From the IMG/VR virus record IMGVR_UViG_3300042515_001753, positions 62,001 through 126,000 of that record: a stretch of DNA of 64,000 nucleotides. One strand, given 5' to 3'. The notes beneath the pieces are model-generated. The model had not been told where the DNA came from and searched no databases. It saw nothing but the letters and a program-made list of their open reading frames with translations. The position numbers and the translations under genes are program-made. Shown here piece by piece: positions 44,601-56,500 of this stretch; positions within the stretch are counted from its first letter, which is position 1; the number at the start of each line of letters is the position of its first letter.

Positions 44601-45983
44601 AACAAGAGTTGTATAAGTTTGAATATCATAAAGATACAGATCCCAATTAGTGATATCATTACTATAGGCAGCATCAGTTAAACTAAAACTATATACTCGT
44701 GCATTACCAATTATGGATCCGGTAGAATTGAGTTGATTATATAAATCTATTGCGTATTTTGGTTTTGGTGTTCCAGATACATTATTTACTCCTATAATAT
44801 TTCCCATCTCAAAGGGAATATTTACATTTGGAATAGATTTAGTATCTCTCGGTTTATCAACATCAATAATAGTTGTTGAAATTTTTTCTATATCATATCC
44901 CCTTACATAAGCCTTTCCTGGGGATATTTTTAAACACATCAAGTCTTCTGATGGTGTGTTTTTTTGTTCAGTAATTTCTGTATTAAAAAACAAACCGTTA
45001 TTACCCAATCTATCATTTAAAGAATTATTTACGGACAGATTAAATGGCTCTACAGTATAATCACCAGATTCATCATAAGTTCTTTCTGCCATATAATCTT
45101 TAATTATATCATATTGACTTTTTTGCTCAATTATTTTAATTTTTCCATTTTCAACTCTCAAAAGTTCAACAAAATCAGTATCATTAATATCTGATATTAA
45201 TTTCTTTGTTAGAGTTAAATCAATCTTAAATCTATCTGCTCCAGGTGCTGCGTAGTTTGTAAATCCTTTAGAGGGGTCGTATAATGAACTGTCATCCCCA
45301 GCATTGAGAATTAATTCGTCAATTTTTAGACCAACCCTATATGAAGGTGTATTTGTATAATTATCTAAAATTATGGTTTGTTTAGATACATTAACAAAAT
45401 AACCTCTAATAAAATAAATTCCATCACCAATAGATGCTGAAGAACCTACAGATGTTGCGTTCAATAGTATTAATGATGCAAATGGAGTTCCTGCATTAAT
45501 AGTAGTGTTGCCATAAGTTATATTTTCTTCTGCAACTAATGATTCTCCATCTTCAAAAGGATTAAACTGAAAATTATTATCAGAATCCAAATATTTTACA
45601 TATATTGTTAAATCCTCTACATTTTCTCCATCAGGGAGCGCGACAAATTGAATTATTGCTGTTGTTCCTGATATTTGCCCTGTTATTTTTTTGCCAATAA
45701 AATTATTAATATAGATAGAAATATCAACCCCAAAATTAGTTGGATTAAGTTTTACGGAATTGAAATTTCCATCATAGGCAATATTTCCAGGAATAACTAC
45801 CGATCCCTCTTTAAATATATGACTTCCAAAAGACTTTACCTGATCCTGCAAAATAGATTGAAGAGTTGTTAGCTCTCTTGCCTGTACTGGATATCCTGGT
45901 TTAAACAAGACTTTATAAAAATTCTTTTCAGAATCAAAGTCATCATAATATGGATTGATGTTTAAATCTGTTTTCTGTGTCAT
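38625..45983 (-). CDS. large virion structural protein (DUF4815 / VrlC-like), 2452 aa
   Basis: NINPYYDDFD..KNFYKVLFKPGYPVQARELTTLQSILQ, YMAERTYDESGDY, RFKSGFFVDDF, DPLAQSF. Confidence 0.9.
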   Translation of the reverse strand: MTQKTDLNINPYYDDFDSEKNFYKVLFKPGYPVQARELTTLQSILQDQVKSFGSHIFKEGSVVIPGNIAYDGNFNSVKLNPTNFGVDISIYINNFIGKKITGQISGTTAIIQFVALPDGENVEDLTIYVKYLDSDNNFQFNPFEDGESLVAEENITYGNTTINAGTPFASLILLNATSVGSSASIGDGIYFIRGYFVNVSKQTIILDNYTNTPSYRVGLKIDELILNAGDDSSLYDPSKGFTNYAAPGADRFKIDLTLTKKLISDINDTDFVELLRVENGKIKIIEQKSQYDIIKDYMAERTYDESGDYTVEPFNLSVNNSLNDRLGNNGLFFNTEITEQKNTPSEDLMCLKISPGKAYVRGYDIEKISTTIIDVDKPRDTKSIPNVNIPFEMGNIIGVNNVSGTPKPKYAIDLYNQLNSTGSIIGNARVYSFSLTDAAYSNDITNWDLYLYDIQTYTTLVLNSTISSTELPATSFVRGKSSGASGYAVSAGGASDTISLRQTSGTFSVGEQLIINGLDFPRTIKTVTAYSTEDIKSVKQTTAVSGLPVDFTADCFLERFRLPNGVTQVTISGGNTVVSPGKFFTGIKVNSIIRYQTTTGDESFNRVTAVSPEGTSLTITTTPGVSGIYSGSVTNGTYNNIFIGAPVIRNENSGFLYAQLPDPNVSSVNLSDSLLTISEQITGETTDSNGVLTFNLSAVAGITSAFFTTFDEERYSVHYNDGSIGSVTSDQFVLSGNTVTISGLSASQSNVVVNVTLVKNGIQSKVKTYNKSKTLTVARSKYPQSGTGISSSIGDGLTYNQFYGLRVQDEEISLNYPDVVKIISVYESFDSSAPTLDQIQFGASANVSTNAIIGENILGNNSKSIARVVSSPSSNILSVVYLNSERFEDLETVTFEESNITTEIEAITPGKYKDITNSYRLDKGQKDQYYDYSKIVRNKNTTEPSKQLLVVFDYYSIPSNDSGDVFTVLSYDKDRFTHDVPFIGPRSVRSSDTLDFRPRVSIFTSASSSPFDFSSRTLEPTRILSPNESSLLGYDYYLARIDKLYLDKNKNFILEKGISSNTPKAPDKNDAVMEIATIKLPPYLYNPANAVVTLKDNRRYTMRDIGLIEDRVENLERVTSLSLLEVNTQTLQIQDADGNNRFKSGFFVDDFKNYSFINRGLSSIRVNTSTNEITPITSRNSLKSQIAPESAVTDENLDFSENFKLLDPNVVKTGKAVTLKYESTGWIEQAFATTVENVNPFNVIVYSGDIKLSPEIDNWVRTVQLPDKNIDITLNSSRTLTNNLTSDVFVTLTPINTQTSKTVNLPTIRGGGNRTVTSSTDTVTSSTATNTTSTISTTENFDTTSNTDTTIRNVLISSSKESFMRSRNIQFSASNIKPSTQFYQFLDGNSGVDFIPKLIEISNPSKAFVVGETVVGTFGGNNLISFRVATPNHKYGPYNAPSTTYTINPYIRTESIASGYSQSSKILNIDTVSLSEEAQGKYSGYLLKGMQLVGQTSGAVATVGDLRLISDNFGDLIGTFYLRNPNTIPTPTVRISTGTKTFKLSSSSTNDPGLPGSSDTSVAETNFNSDGTLEQWENTVTATTKNLTTKTSTNLTTNTTTSVTTINTHTRTTIQRFVDPLAQSFVVGGNIEAPDSSREGLATDDSNGAFLTAVDLFFAKKDSGNATVKVEIRTVELGTPTRIVIGNSVTLRPSEVNVSSDASIATKVTFDEPIYLPPGREYAVVIISENSDQYEMWTAVMGEKTVNTKDLPDVSAVTYSKQFAMGSLFKSQNGSIWTANQYQDLKFKLYKAQFIENQPGTAFFYNPTLDESNGYVQTLENNPLTTLPRTGSLGITTTTDSSVISNLSNGRKIVDGTKNYVYGYVSGTGSAVVTVGLTTGGSNYVTDSNVSTYNITGNGSGLVLNITATNGTITGITTANLGNGYAVGDVVGIVTSTVGTGTSVRGRDARITISSITGVDTLYLENIQGDTFTVGGGLNYYDNSNTIVSLASTVIRNFAPSTNQYSGNYVRVEHFDHGMYGNTNKLRVYDTESSTAPVTITSSLTSTSTTISVAIGDTSNFATFEGVSVSGSNPGYAKIGNEIIKYESIGSGFLGTITRGIDSTISIDHGINSLMYKYELNGVSLRRINTTHDISDLDIGLDGYYLEIDRTANGVDRSGDGSPAGMPQLQFTSEANLGGSKVLATENILYSSVVPTYDIITPGSSTSVSAVIRSVSGTSVSGNETSFLDNGFEPVQLNALNTLKTVRLVCSKENETEYLNNLPRNKSFTTGITLSTTDSNISPIIFLDTAFTEFISNRLNSPVSDYALDGRSNSILDDPHAVVYVSRAVNLVQPATSLKVILSAYRHESADFRVLYSLARPDSSEVEQSFELFPGYDNLTSTASGLSVVDSSLNNGKPDSFVSSSLDNQFKEYEFTANNLGLFNGYVIKIVMSGTNQAYPPRIKELRTIAVR

Positions 45984-45991
45984 TTTTTTTT

Positions 45992-47536
45992 TTAGAATTC
46001 CAGGATAATTTTAATGTCTTCTTTTTGCCTAATGTCTCTTGTTACCAGGGGTCTATTATCAATATAAATTATATCTCCTGTCTTTTTATTTATCTCAGGA
46101 TTTGCAAGACCTGCTGTAAAAGTTACTCCTAAATCTATAACTTTATTTCCAACAGTAACTTTATTTGTTGGGGTGAGAGAACCAAAACTAGTATCAATAG
46201 ATCCTGCAAATGGACTGATAGGATTTGCCGAAGATTCAAAATTATAAACTTTAGAGTTATCATTTCGGTCAGTTTGATCTAAACTATTTCCAAAAAATAA
46301 AGATCTATCTTGAAAATATTTTAATACCTTAGTTTCACTATCATATGAAGCCACATAACCTCTTGCAGTTCCATTGGTTACAGTTTGAGTCATTTCTTCT
46401 CCGATAACTGGAGTTCCAGTAAAACCTGAAGTTAATTTAATCGCCCCTAGAGATGAATATTGATTTTCCGTAAAGATAACAGTATCAGATGAAAAAGTAG
46501 TTGGATTTTTTATAATTCCAACTTGAGCAAATTTGGTATCAGTTGGAAAATCTTTTGTTGAGTCATCAAATCTGGCATATACTAATACTTTATCTGTTCC
46601 TAATTCAGTATAAATGTCATATCCATGCCCGTTTGATGGGGGAATGATTGGTATTAGTTTTGCTGGATTTGGAAGACTTCCACCAGGACGAAGACTTCCC
46701 AAGTCAACGATTCCCCAAGTATATCCAAATCCACCTGCAACAATTTGAGTAGATACAATAGATCCACTACTATTGACTGTTATAGAAACTCTACCACCAG
46801 ATCCATCACCAAGAATATCAACAACACCAGAACTATATCCACTTCCTCCATTTTGAATATATACTTTTTTGATTTGATTTGGGTTTGTATCTCCAGAATC
46901 CCCATTTTCTCTTACACTTATAATCTGAGAATCTGTTGATGTTGTCCAATCATTTGGAACAACAACATATTCTGTTGAATCAAACTTTACAATATCACTT
47001 GGAGAGACTGAAAAGAGATATTTCCAAATATAACCATCTCCACTTATTCCAGCTGCAGATGGTTCTAAATCTGTAAATGTAGGTTCATCTTGAGATTTAT
47101 TTCCCTTTAAATTTGTACCAGAAGAACCATTATCTATACAAATATAAACTCTAAAATCACTATTAATTACATAATAATTTGAGTCATATAACCTACTTGA
47201 GTTTGAATTTGGTGTTGGATTCTGAATGCTATAATCGTGTCTATACATCTCATAAGATGTATTGGAAGTCCAAGTAACCTTTCTTATGAGTCTTCTAATA
47301 TTGCTAGACGTAACTTTTTTACCAAATAAAGATGTATCTCTATAGTGACTTAAATATTCTAAATTATCAGTTGGATTTGGAGTATCATCATTCCAAGTAG
47401 TAGTTCTTCCAAATCCAACTTGTGCAGGATTATCTAAACCCAAAAAAACATAATAAGAATTACTACTATCTACAACAGAGTCTATAAAATTGCTCGCATT
47501 TAATATTCTAAATTGATCTGTTACGATTGCTGCCAT
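45992..47536 (-). CDS. gp8: baseplate wedge subunit
   Basis: AIVTDQFRILNA, YRVYICIDNG, DGYIWKYLF, GDIIYIDNR...RQKEDIKIILEF; TATAAATA at 47555-47562. Confidence 0.92.
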   Translation of the reverse strand: MAAIVTDQFRILNASNFIDSVVDSSNSYYVFLGLDNPAQVGFGRTTTWNDDTPNPTDNLEYLSHYRDTSLFGKKVTSSNIRRLIRKVTWTSNTSYEMYRHDYSIQNPTPNSNSSRLYDSNYYVINSDFRVYICIDNGSSGTNLKGNKSQDEPTFTDLEPSAAGISGDGYIWKYLFSVSPSDIVKFDSTEYVVVPNDWTTSTDSQIISVRENGDSGDTNPNQIKKVYIQNGGSGYSSGVVDILGDGSGGRVSITVNSSGSIVSTQIVAGGFGYTWGIVDLGSLRPGGSLPNPAKLIPIIPPSNGHGYDIYTELGTDKVLVYARFDDSTKDFPTDTKFAQVGIIKNPTTFSSDTVIFTENQYSSLGAIKLTSGFTGTPVIGEEMTQTVTNGTARGYVASYDSETKVLKYFQDRSLFFGNSLDQTDRNDNSKVYNFESSANPISPFAGSIDTSFGSLTPTNKVTVGNKVIDLGVTFTAGLANPEINKKTGDIIYIDNRPLVTRDIRQKEDIKIILEF

Positions 47537-47557
47537 ATTAATATTTTTTTTAAGTAT

Positions 47558-50500
47558 TTATAAGAGTTTTGGAAGTGCTCCTGTTTGTCTAATTCCAATT
47601 CCCCTTCTTTGAATCGTTGCAAAGGTTGTTAATCCAACATCCACAGTATTTCCGGTTACTCCTATTGAAATTGGAGAACCTGACCTACTAAATCCAGACA
47701 TTCTACCCCAAGAATATTTACCAACAGGATTTGATATACTTCCAGAAGAAGAGAGTCCAGTCGTAGATGTGGTTGATAATATATTACAAGTAATGATTCC
47801 AACAGTACCACTAGAGGAGAACTGATGAATGTAGTAAATATTATCTATAAAAGTTGTTCCAATTCCAACCACCGCAGAATTAGAAGTATTAATAGAAGTG
47901 ACTCCCTTCCCAACTCTTGTATCAAAGATATAAATTGGATATCCAGTAGATAGACCTGTAAATGATGAAGAATTTAAATGGAATTTAAGTGCCAGTGGAT
48001 TACCTCCACTACCTGTTGTGGTTGTAATTCCTGTAATAATTCCAGAGAATCCGTTAATTAAAGTAATATTTGAAATTAATTCTACTGCTCCACTTGCATT
48101 AGTGGAAATTCCATTGACAATTAAAGAACTAAAAGGTTCTGGACTAATAGTATTATCATACTCAAAGAATTCTGCATTATCTACAAATATTTGAGTATCT
48201 GTGGTTGAAAAATCTTTAATAATCTTAGCGGTTGGATAAATTAAAGACTCAATAGAATCTCTAGTTTTATAAACGTCTTCTCCGTTAATTTTCCTATCAA
48301 CTTTTTGCTTAATCCAACTTAATGGTTTATTATTTTCAGAGTCAACACCTTGGTTTGAATATAAATTAGTTTCAAACTTATCGGAGAATGATAAATCAAA
48401 TACTATTCTCTTGTCTTGTGTTATTGTTCCTGGAATTGAATTATTTTTAAGAACTTGTACAGTATCACCTCTTTTTAAAGTTTCATTAATTGAATCATTT
48501 ACAATAACATCAACACCATCAGTTCCTTTATAGAAGAAAATTGCAACATTATCCTCTGGTCTTGGAGCAGTTGTAAATATGAAACTAGTTCCGCCATCAA
48601 ATTGATATGCAACTCCAGGATCTTGAATTACTCCATTTATAACAATTAATAGTGCATTTGAAAGATTTACTTGAGAACCTTCTGAAGATTCAAAACTCAA
48701 TAATTCATTATTATAATATAGTGGGAATCTTGTTCTGACTCCATCCTGATAATTTTTTATAGAATCTATATAATCAAACTCACCAAACTGCCAAGCAGCA
48801 AAAGAATCTGAAAATGTATCAACCACAGTCAATTGGAACTCTGATAATGGAGATGCCAATCCTTTAGCAGTCACCAATCCAACTGGTTTAAATACATCTC
48901 CTCTTCGGAACGAGTAACCCTGTCTTGAAATACTAAATTTAGAAACTTCAAAGTATGTTGATCCTATTCCAGTTGTAGAACTTGCTCCAACTTCGACATT
49001 AAGTAAAAGACCTATTCCAGTATTTGTTGTTGCTCCAACTCCTAATCTAGATACTCCGATTACATTTAAATTTTCATATGAAGGTTCTGATACAAATACT
49101 TGAGGATTCGTATACCCCGTACCTCCTCCAACAACGGCGAATGATAAGACGCCGCCCGCTCCAACTGTTGCCGATATCGTCGCTGCTGCTCCTGTGTGTC
49201 CATTTTGATATACTGAAACTCCTACGGAAACAATACCATTGTATCCAGAACCAAGATTATCGGTAGTTCCTAGTCCAACAGATACTATACTACCCCCTGC
49301 CCCAACTACGGCAGTTACTGCTGCTCCCACAAGAGGTGCATATCCAAGACCAGTAGAAGAACCCAAGGAAACAATTATTCCTCCTCTAGGGGTTTGGTTT
49401 TGATTTACATCAAACTCCGAAGTAATAATATTAAGATTATCTGGATCTCTAATTCCAGAGAATACCACACTAGATATTCCTGAAACAGTATTTTCAATAA
49501 TACTAAAATTATTTTCTGGGTTATTGAGAGTTGTTGGAGTTTGGAAAACACCATTTATGAATAAAATTCCATTTCCTCCACTGGTTCCCAACCCTACAGT
49601 GTTTGCCCCACCGACAGTTAATGTAAAAGTTCTACCAATACCTGTAAATTGACTTGAAATATCGTCATATAGTTGATTTGATGTATAATCATTTCTCAAG
49701 AAAACTCTTCCGGTAAAATCGGAAGTTTCAAAAGTCAAATTACTAGAATCTTTAATTATTTGAGGATTTCCTCTTGGAGATTCTGCAAAGAAAATATCAC
49801 CATCAACAATATTATAAGATCCTTTATAAATTCTTACTGAAGTAGAATCTGTGTGAGTCGATGCCGATGACCCAACAAATCCTCTAGTGACTTCGACTAA
49901 ATTGATATTTCCACTATTTGTAATTGGTCCAACATTGGTTGTTCCCAATCCAACATTAATTATTCCCATATATTCATTATCAATTTTTAGAATATCTTTT
50001 GGTATAATTGTAGATATTCCACTCAAGGCAAATATTGAAGAACCTGCACTTATTTGTCCACCATTATTAAGCAAAGTGTATGATATTGGAGTAAATAATA
50101 ATGGATATTGAACTATATTATCAATAGTAATTAGTGCTTTTTCAAGTTTTTTATCCATTTCTAGTTGATGTGCATTACCGCTACCATATGAAGTAAATGT
50201 AACTGCAATTCCAGAAATAGCATTAGACTTAGTTGTTGCTAATTTAAATGTACTATCTGACAATTTGATGACATATACCTCTGAAGGTAACAATGTCGGA
50301 CCAGCACCAATTTCCATTGCACTAGCACCAACTCCAATAAATGTTGATTTTGGTGTATAGATAAGTTCTTCTAAGTTGCTGAAAAAATGGTTTTGTATAG
50401 TAAATATTCCCGTTGATGGATCTAAAATTGTTGAATTTGTAGGATTAAATCTTTTTGCAAAAATTTCAATTCCATTGGATTTTAAATTAAAATTATTTCT

Positions 50501-53500
50501 ATTAATTCTATTTCCATTAATTGCATTATACTGCTCAATATCAATCGATTCTTCTATTGTTCCATAACTTAAACTTGGAGCAGTATTTTGTGTATCTAAA
50601 GTTGTATACAAGCACTGATTAAATGCTAAAATATTAACCTCAGAAGTTACTGATGGTTCTGGATAAAATTTTAGTATGAAATTACTACCAGAATATTCTC
50701 CACCAAAAGTTCCAATTCCGTTTGTACTTCCGACAGAAAGAAAAGGTGATTGTTGAACATAAATGTTAGTTTCATCCTGCACTAACATTATTTGATGAAG
50801 AGCACTTGTTGACCCAACACTTACTTCTACTAAAGATTTGACTGCATTAAAATTAGTTTTATTCAGTGATATTACAGTTGATGCTGAAGAAACTGTAGAT
50901 GAATAAGTTGATTGATATATAGCACTCCTTTCATTTCCTGGTATTTGACCTGGAGATATGAATCTATATGTATCTGCACCCACAGATGTTGTTCCAAACC
51001 CAACAATCTTTGATCTAACATTTACTGAATTTGGGGAATTGTTAATATAGTTTAATGATAAAACTCCAGAAGAAATGCTTGCACCAAATGAGCCTATGTT
51101 ATTTCCAGAATAATAATTGCTTAAAAATTCAGAATCAAAATAATATTCTGATATATAAGTGTCTGTCCCATCGTGGTTCAAATATACTTCAACAAAGTTC
51201 ATTTGATTTGTTACTGAATCAATAATCTGAATATTTGAATATAATGAAGAAAATTTATTTGCCTGTACGGATATAATTGAAGTTTGTATTCCAGTTGTCG
51301 CAGTTCTATTTGAACCAGTTAAATTGATAAATCCAACAGAAGTTGTTCCAATTCCTGGCAAAACAGAATTAAAATTGCTATTAATTAATTTAATATCATA
51401 ATCAATATTGAATGGATCTTTTGGAACAAATCTTAAGTAATTACTATCATCTACATCATCTGTAATTAATATAAATTCTCCTATAGGTTCTCCAGAAATA
51501 TGCGTAAGTCCAACTCCAGCGTTGACTAGTGTTGATTTTTCAGCCAAAAATGAATTACTTCCATCATTCAGTAAAACTAATTCCGTTAATTGAATTTCGG
51601 TATTGTCCAGACTGGAAACCCTGACCAATATATTATCATAAGATACTCCAGTATTTAATTCTAGTAAATTAATAAATTCACTTGGATTTCCATCAGAGTC
51701 GGAAAATTGACGATTTATGTCATCTATTTTTAAAACTACATTACTTCTACACTCAATATAATCAGTTAATTTTTTATTTTTTAATTTTAAAAACTTTGAA
51801 GAAGTTCCAACTAAATCAATATCTTTTACTAAATCAAAATCATAAATTGTATCTACTCTATTTTCCTCTATTATGTCATAAAGTATACTTATATTATTAT
51901 TGGAAGTTACAACATCAAAGTTTGCAGTTGATGTAATTCCAGTATCTGCAAAATTCTTCAATCCACTTGTATGAACTAAACTATTAACTGGTGTTCTTAA
52001 TTCTTGATATGTAATTGGACTCTTTATAGTATAGGAAAGATTTTGATAATAATCATTATCAGCAACAACTTGATTATCTTGATCCAATTTACCAATATCA
52101 TTAGACCATCCAATATTTTTTTCAATTGAGTAGTCAACCTTAAATCTACCAATACCAGATTCAATTTTATCTATTGTCGCTACATTTCCAGATTCTTTTC
52201 CTACAATAATTTCCCCAACAGACAAATCATAAGTTCCAGATACTTTAATAAATGAATTTTCATAAGAGGAAATTTCTAAATCTCTCTCAGTATTATTTGA
52301 GATTAGTTTTTCTCCAATAATAAACTCAGATTGAATTTGTGTAACATTAAATATGGGATAATCTGTGCTTTTTATAATATTTCCAACAGAATCCTGAATT
52401 GTTTTTGCTATCCCCGTATTTGTGGTTAATCCAGAAATGTTAATTGTTACTGAATCAAGAGTTCCAGCATTACTATAGTTATTAATCGTAAAGAATTGAT
52501 ATCCATAATCTTCAGAATTAAATCCAGTCCCTTCAGTGCTAAATTTTTGAATTCCTTCTACAAATACTTTATCTCCACTAGAAAATGGGAAGGCGGAAAA
52601 TCCTAAAGTTGGTGTTGTTATGAAGCAAGTAAAAATTCCACTTGAAGAAGATTGAACTTGTTGAATACTAATTCCATTAGTATTATTGGTGGTGAATAAT
52701 TGTACCGTTGTTTCTGGAAGACCCTTTGGTTGTTGTATGATATTTACAGAATCAATAGAATTTCCGGACAGTTTTGCTTCTAATATTCCACTATCAATTT
52801 GTTCACCAGTGCTTGAATCCACAATTATTACTGATGGCGCATCAGTATATCCTTTTCCACCATCTGTAACTGTAATAATACCAATTGTATTTGAATTTTT
52901 AATTGTAATTAGTGGAGATATTAATGCAGTTGGTTGTAAAGTTTTATCTGATGAATATTGAAATCCTTCATTAATGATTCTTACTTCTTTTGCATTACCT
53001 ATGGACGTTGATTTTGGAGTAATGTAGGCATCTTTTCCATCGATAGAATTAGATCCTACAAATGTGGGAAGTTTTTTATATCCAGAACTACCAGAAATAA
53101 TATTAATTTTATTAATAGAACCTTTTGCTGATAATGATGTTGTGGTGTATTGCAATTTATCACACTCATTTTGAGTATATGATAATTTTTCCGGTTTTTC
53201 TGATAAAGAAATGCTAAATGTTGTTGACCCTACGCCAGAAATTGTATAATTGGAATTGTATATACTATTCACAAATAATATTTCAGAATAATTACTCACT
53301 TCTTTGTCAGAAGTACTAATATATCCGGATTTTTCTAAATTGTAGTATAATTTAGTTGGTAGATTTTCACTATAATTGATAGTTGAAGAAGCATTAGTAG
53401 AAACTCCAATGGTTCCTATACCAGATAATGTAAATAAGTCGGATGATGGAGTTGAAATAAACTCATTATTATATTGATTATCATAATAAAGTTTAAATTT

Positions 53501-56500
53501 ATATCCCACTAAAGAACTATCGGATAAGTTAAATACTAAGTTATTATTTTTAAATGATTTAATTTGTGGATTTATTAATGAAATACTTTGACTCGACCCA
53601 CCAGTACTGGAGATATTTACAGTTGTTGGAGGAACAGTTTTAGAATCTACATATGTTTCAGAAAGTTTTATTATATTTTCATTAACTCTATAAACATAAT
53701 AAAATCCAGTTGATAATCCGGATGCAACTAAATTGGATGAATATAAAACCTTATCTCCAGTTTTTAAGTTATGTGAATTAATTGAAATAGTATTTGTTGT
53801 AGTATTAATTGCCGTTGAACTAAATCCAATTGGATTAATTAAAATATTGTCAGTTATTAAATCTCTTTTGATATAAATTGATGTGGAAGTTCCAATCCCT
53901 ACAGAAAGATTTGGTTCGATACTTAAACTAATAACATCTCCACTAGAAAGTTCGTGAGAAGTTGATACTGAAACAGTAGACTTAACTCTTTCAACTTTTC
54001 CAACTATCTGTGGATATACACTTTCAAATGAATACTTATCATTATCACTACCATTAGTAATAAAAAATACCTCAGAAGAGTTGAGTGTGGTTTTTATTCC
54101 AATAGTATTAATATTCTTATCAGTTACATATACATTTTGAGGTAAATTAAATTGAGTTCCTGTTGGTGAAGTAGAAACTGCAATATTTGAACCATTATTT
54201 GTAAATGTTACTAGTTGATTATTTGTAAATGGATGATTCTCAATATAAATTCCCTGTGTTGGGACAATTCTGGTAATATTAGAATCTCCAAATTCAAATG
54301 TTAGTTTATTTGTAATTCCAGGTGTAGTACCAATTCCTACTGATTGTACTGGATTAAAAAACACCTTATTATTTACATTAGACTCAAAGTAATCTATTTT
54401 TTGTGAAATAGTAAATGAATCTGGAATAAAGTTTATTTGAGTAGTTGCCGTATGAGATACTCCAGTAGATCCTCTTTGTACTTTAAGTATATTAAGGTTT
54501 TCATATACTTCAAGCACCGATAGTGTTTCACTGCCTATTCTAATACTACTTCCTACAGATACCCTTGTTGGAAGTTGAGTAATGTAAATCTCAGTTGTGA
54601 ATCCAGATGTTGATGAGGGAACATCCTTAAGAACATTTGAGTAATAGGAAGATACTCCAATCTTATATGAATTATTTAACTTGGATAGATTGGTCGAAAA
54701 TCCCGAAATCACAACAAAATCATTATTGGAAAAATTATGATATGGTTTAATGGTAACCTTTACTTCTTCTCCGTCATTATATGTAAAAATAGAATTCTCA
54801 TAAGTTTCTACTGAAGTATCTATTTTTGTAATATCTTTTCCTTCTATTGAAGAGACTCTTGCTACTAATCCACCACCAGAAGTATTGGCACCATCAAAAT
54901 TTAAAACATCATTAACTTTATAATCGGATCCGGAATTAATAATATCAAATGCATTTACAAATCCTTCGGATACTGATTCAACAATTGACTCTTGGTTCGT
55001 AATTTCATTAGTCTCTGTTATAAAATCATTTTTTGCATAATCATCAGACACTTTATATGGTAGAGTATTTCTAAGTAAATTTGAGTTATTAAAATCAAAT
55101 GTTTGATTTAAAGTAGAATTTTCATTTAAAGTATTAGATCTATATTTGTTTCCTACAAAATAGGGAAATATTGGGGTCAAAAAAGTGTCAAGAGTTGCAA
55201 AATATGCATATACTCCATTTGGAAATTCTGGCGTTCTTCCAAATCTTCCATTATTTTCATCCAAGTCTCCAGAATTTGTATACTCATAATCTTCAACAAA
55301 AAATCCTGATGGAAATGAAGGTCTATCGACAACATTGGAAGGATTTAGTGCATATCCAGATTCTAACAATTTAGGAACAGAGTTTGAATCTTCCGAATCA
55401 AAATATCCATATGGTCCATATATTGGATTTCCATCATATGCCCATCCGATTATATTAGATACTTGCAGACCATTATCACCAAATGAATTTCTTAAATTTT
55501 CAAAATATCCACAAACAGAATACTGCAATTCATTTTCAGATTCTATTAAAATCTCATCACCAATCTTTAAGTTATTATTGACAGTTAGAGATCTAATATT
55601 AGCATTTAGAATTGCATTAGAACCTGCAGATTTTACTTCAATTATTGTAGAATTGGTGGAGTATCCAATTCCTGGATTTATTATCTTAATATCTGTTATT
55701 TTTTGGTTAGTAATGACTGGTCTTAAATCTGCTCCGGACCCTACACCAGTTAAATCAGTTACAATCAAATCGGGAATTGAATAATAATCAACACCACCAT
55801 ATTGAATATTTACAGAATTAATTTGACCGTTGGTGATAATTGGTTTTAATTTTGCCTCACTTCCGGTTTTTATTGTTATTAATGGTCTTCTTTCAAGATT
55901 TATAATTGTGGATCCATATCCAACTCCACTTTCATATAGATACACATCTATAATACTGCCTTTAACAATTGGAGATGCTACAAGAGATTGAATCTGTTGA
56001 CTTGTAGTACCAAATCCAACAGGGGTATATTGTATAGAAACAGAAATATCAGGATAACTAAAATATTGATATCCAGATCCAATAGAAGAAAATTTAATAT
56101 AATTTTTTCTAGTGTAGTTTGATATGTCAGTTCCACCAATTCCAGCATCACAAAGTCTAAAAGAATCATCATTATTTTTCAATACATAATATTGAGATAA
56201 TGTTGAAATTCCAATTGTAGATGTTTGATATTGATAAGTTACAAGTTCCCCGTCATTAAATCCGTGGTTTTTAAAATTAATTGTGTTGTTGGATGTAGAT
56301 ATTCCTGCCGAAGAGACAATTAATTCTCTATTCGTGTATCCACTACCACCATTTAATATTTTAATCTCTGATATGGTATTTTTAAATGATGCGGTAGAAA
56401 ACTTATGAATTCCTGCAGTATTAGTTCCACTAAAAGATACTGTATTGATTCCGGATAAGTAATCTGAATTAGTTTGATAGAGTCTGATAGTTCTATTGTT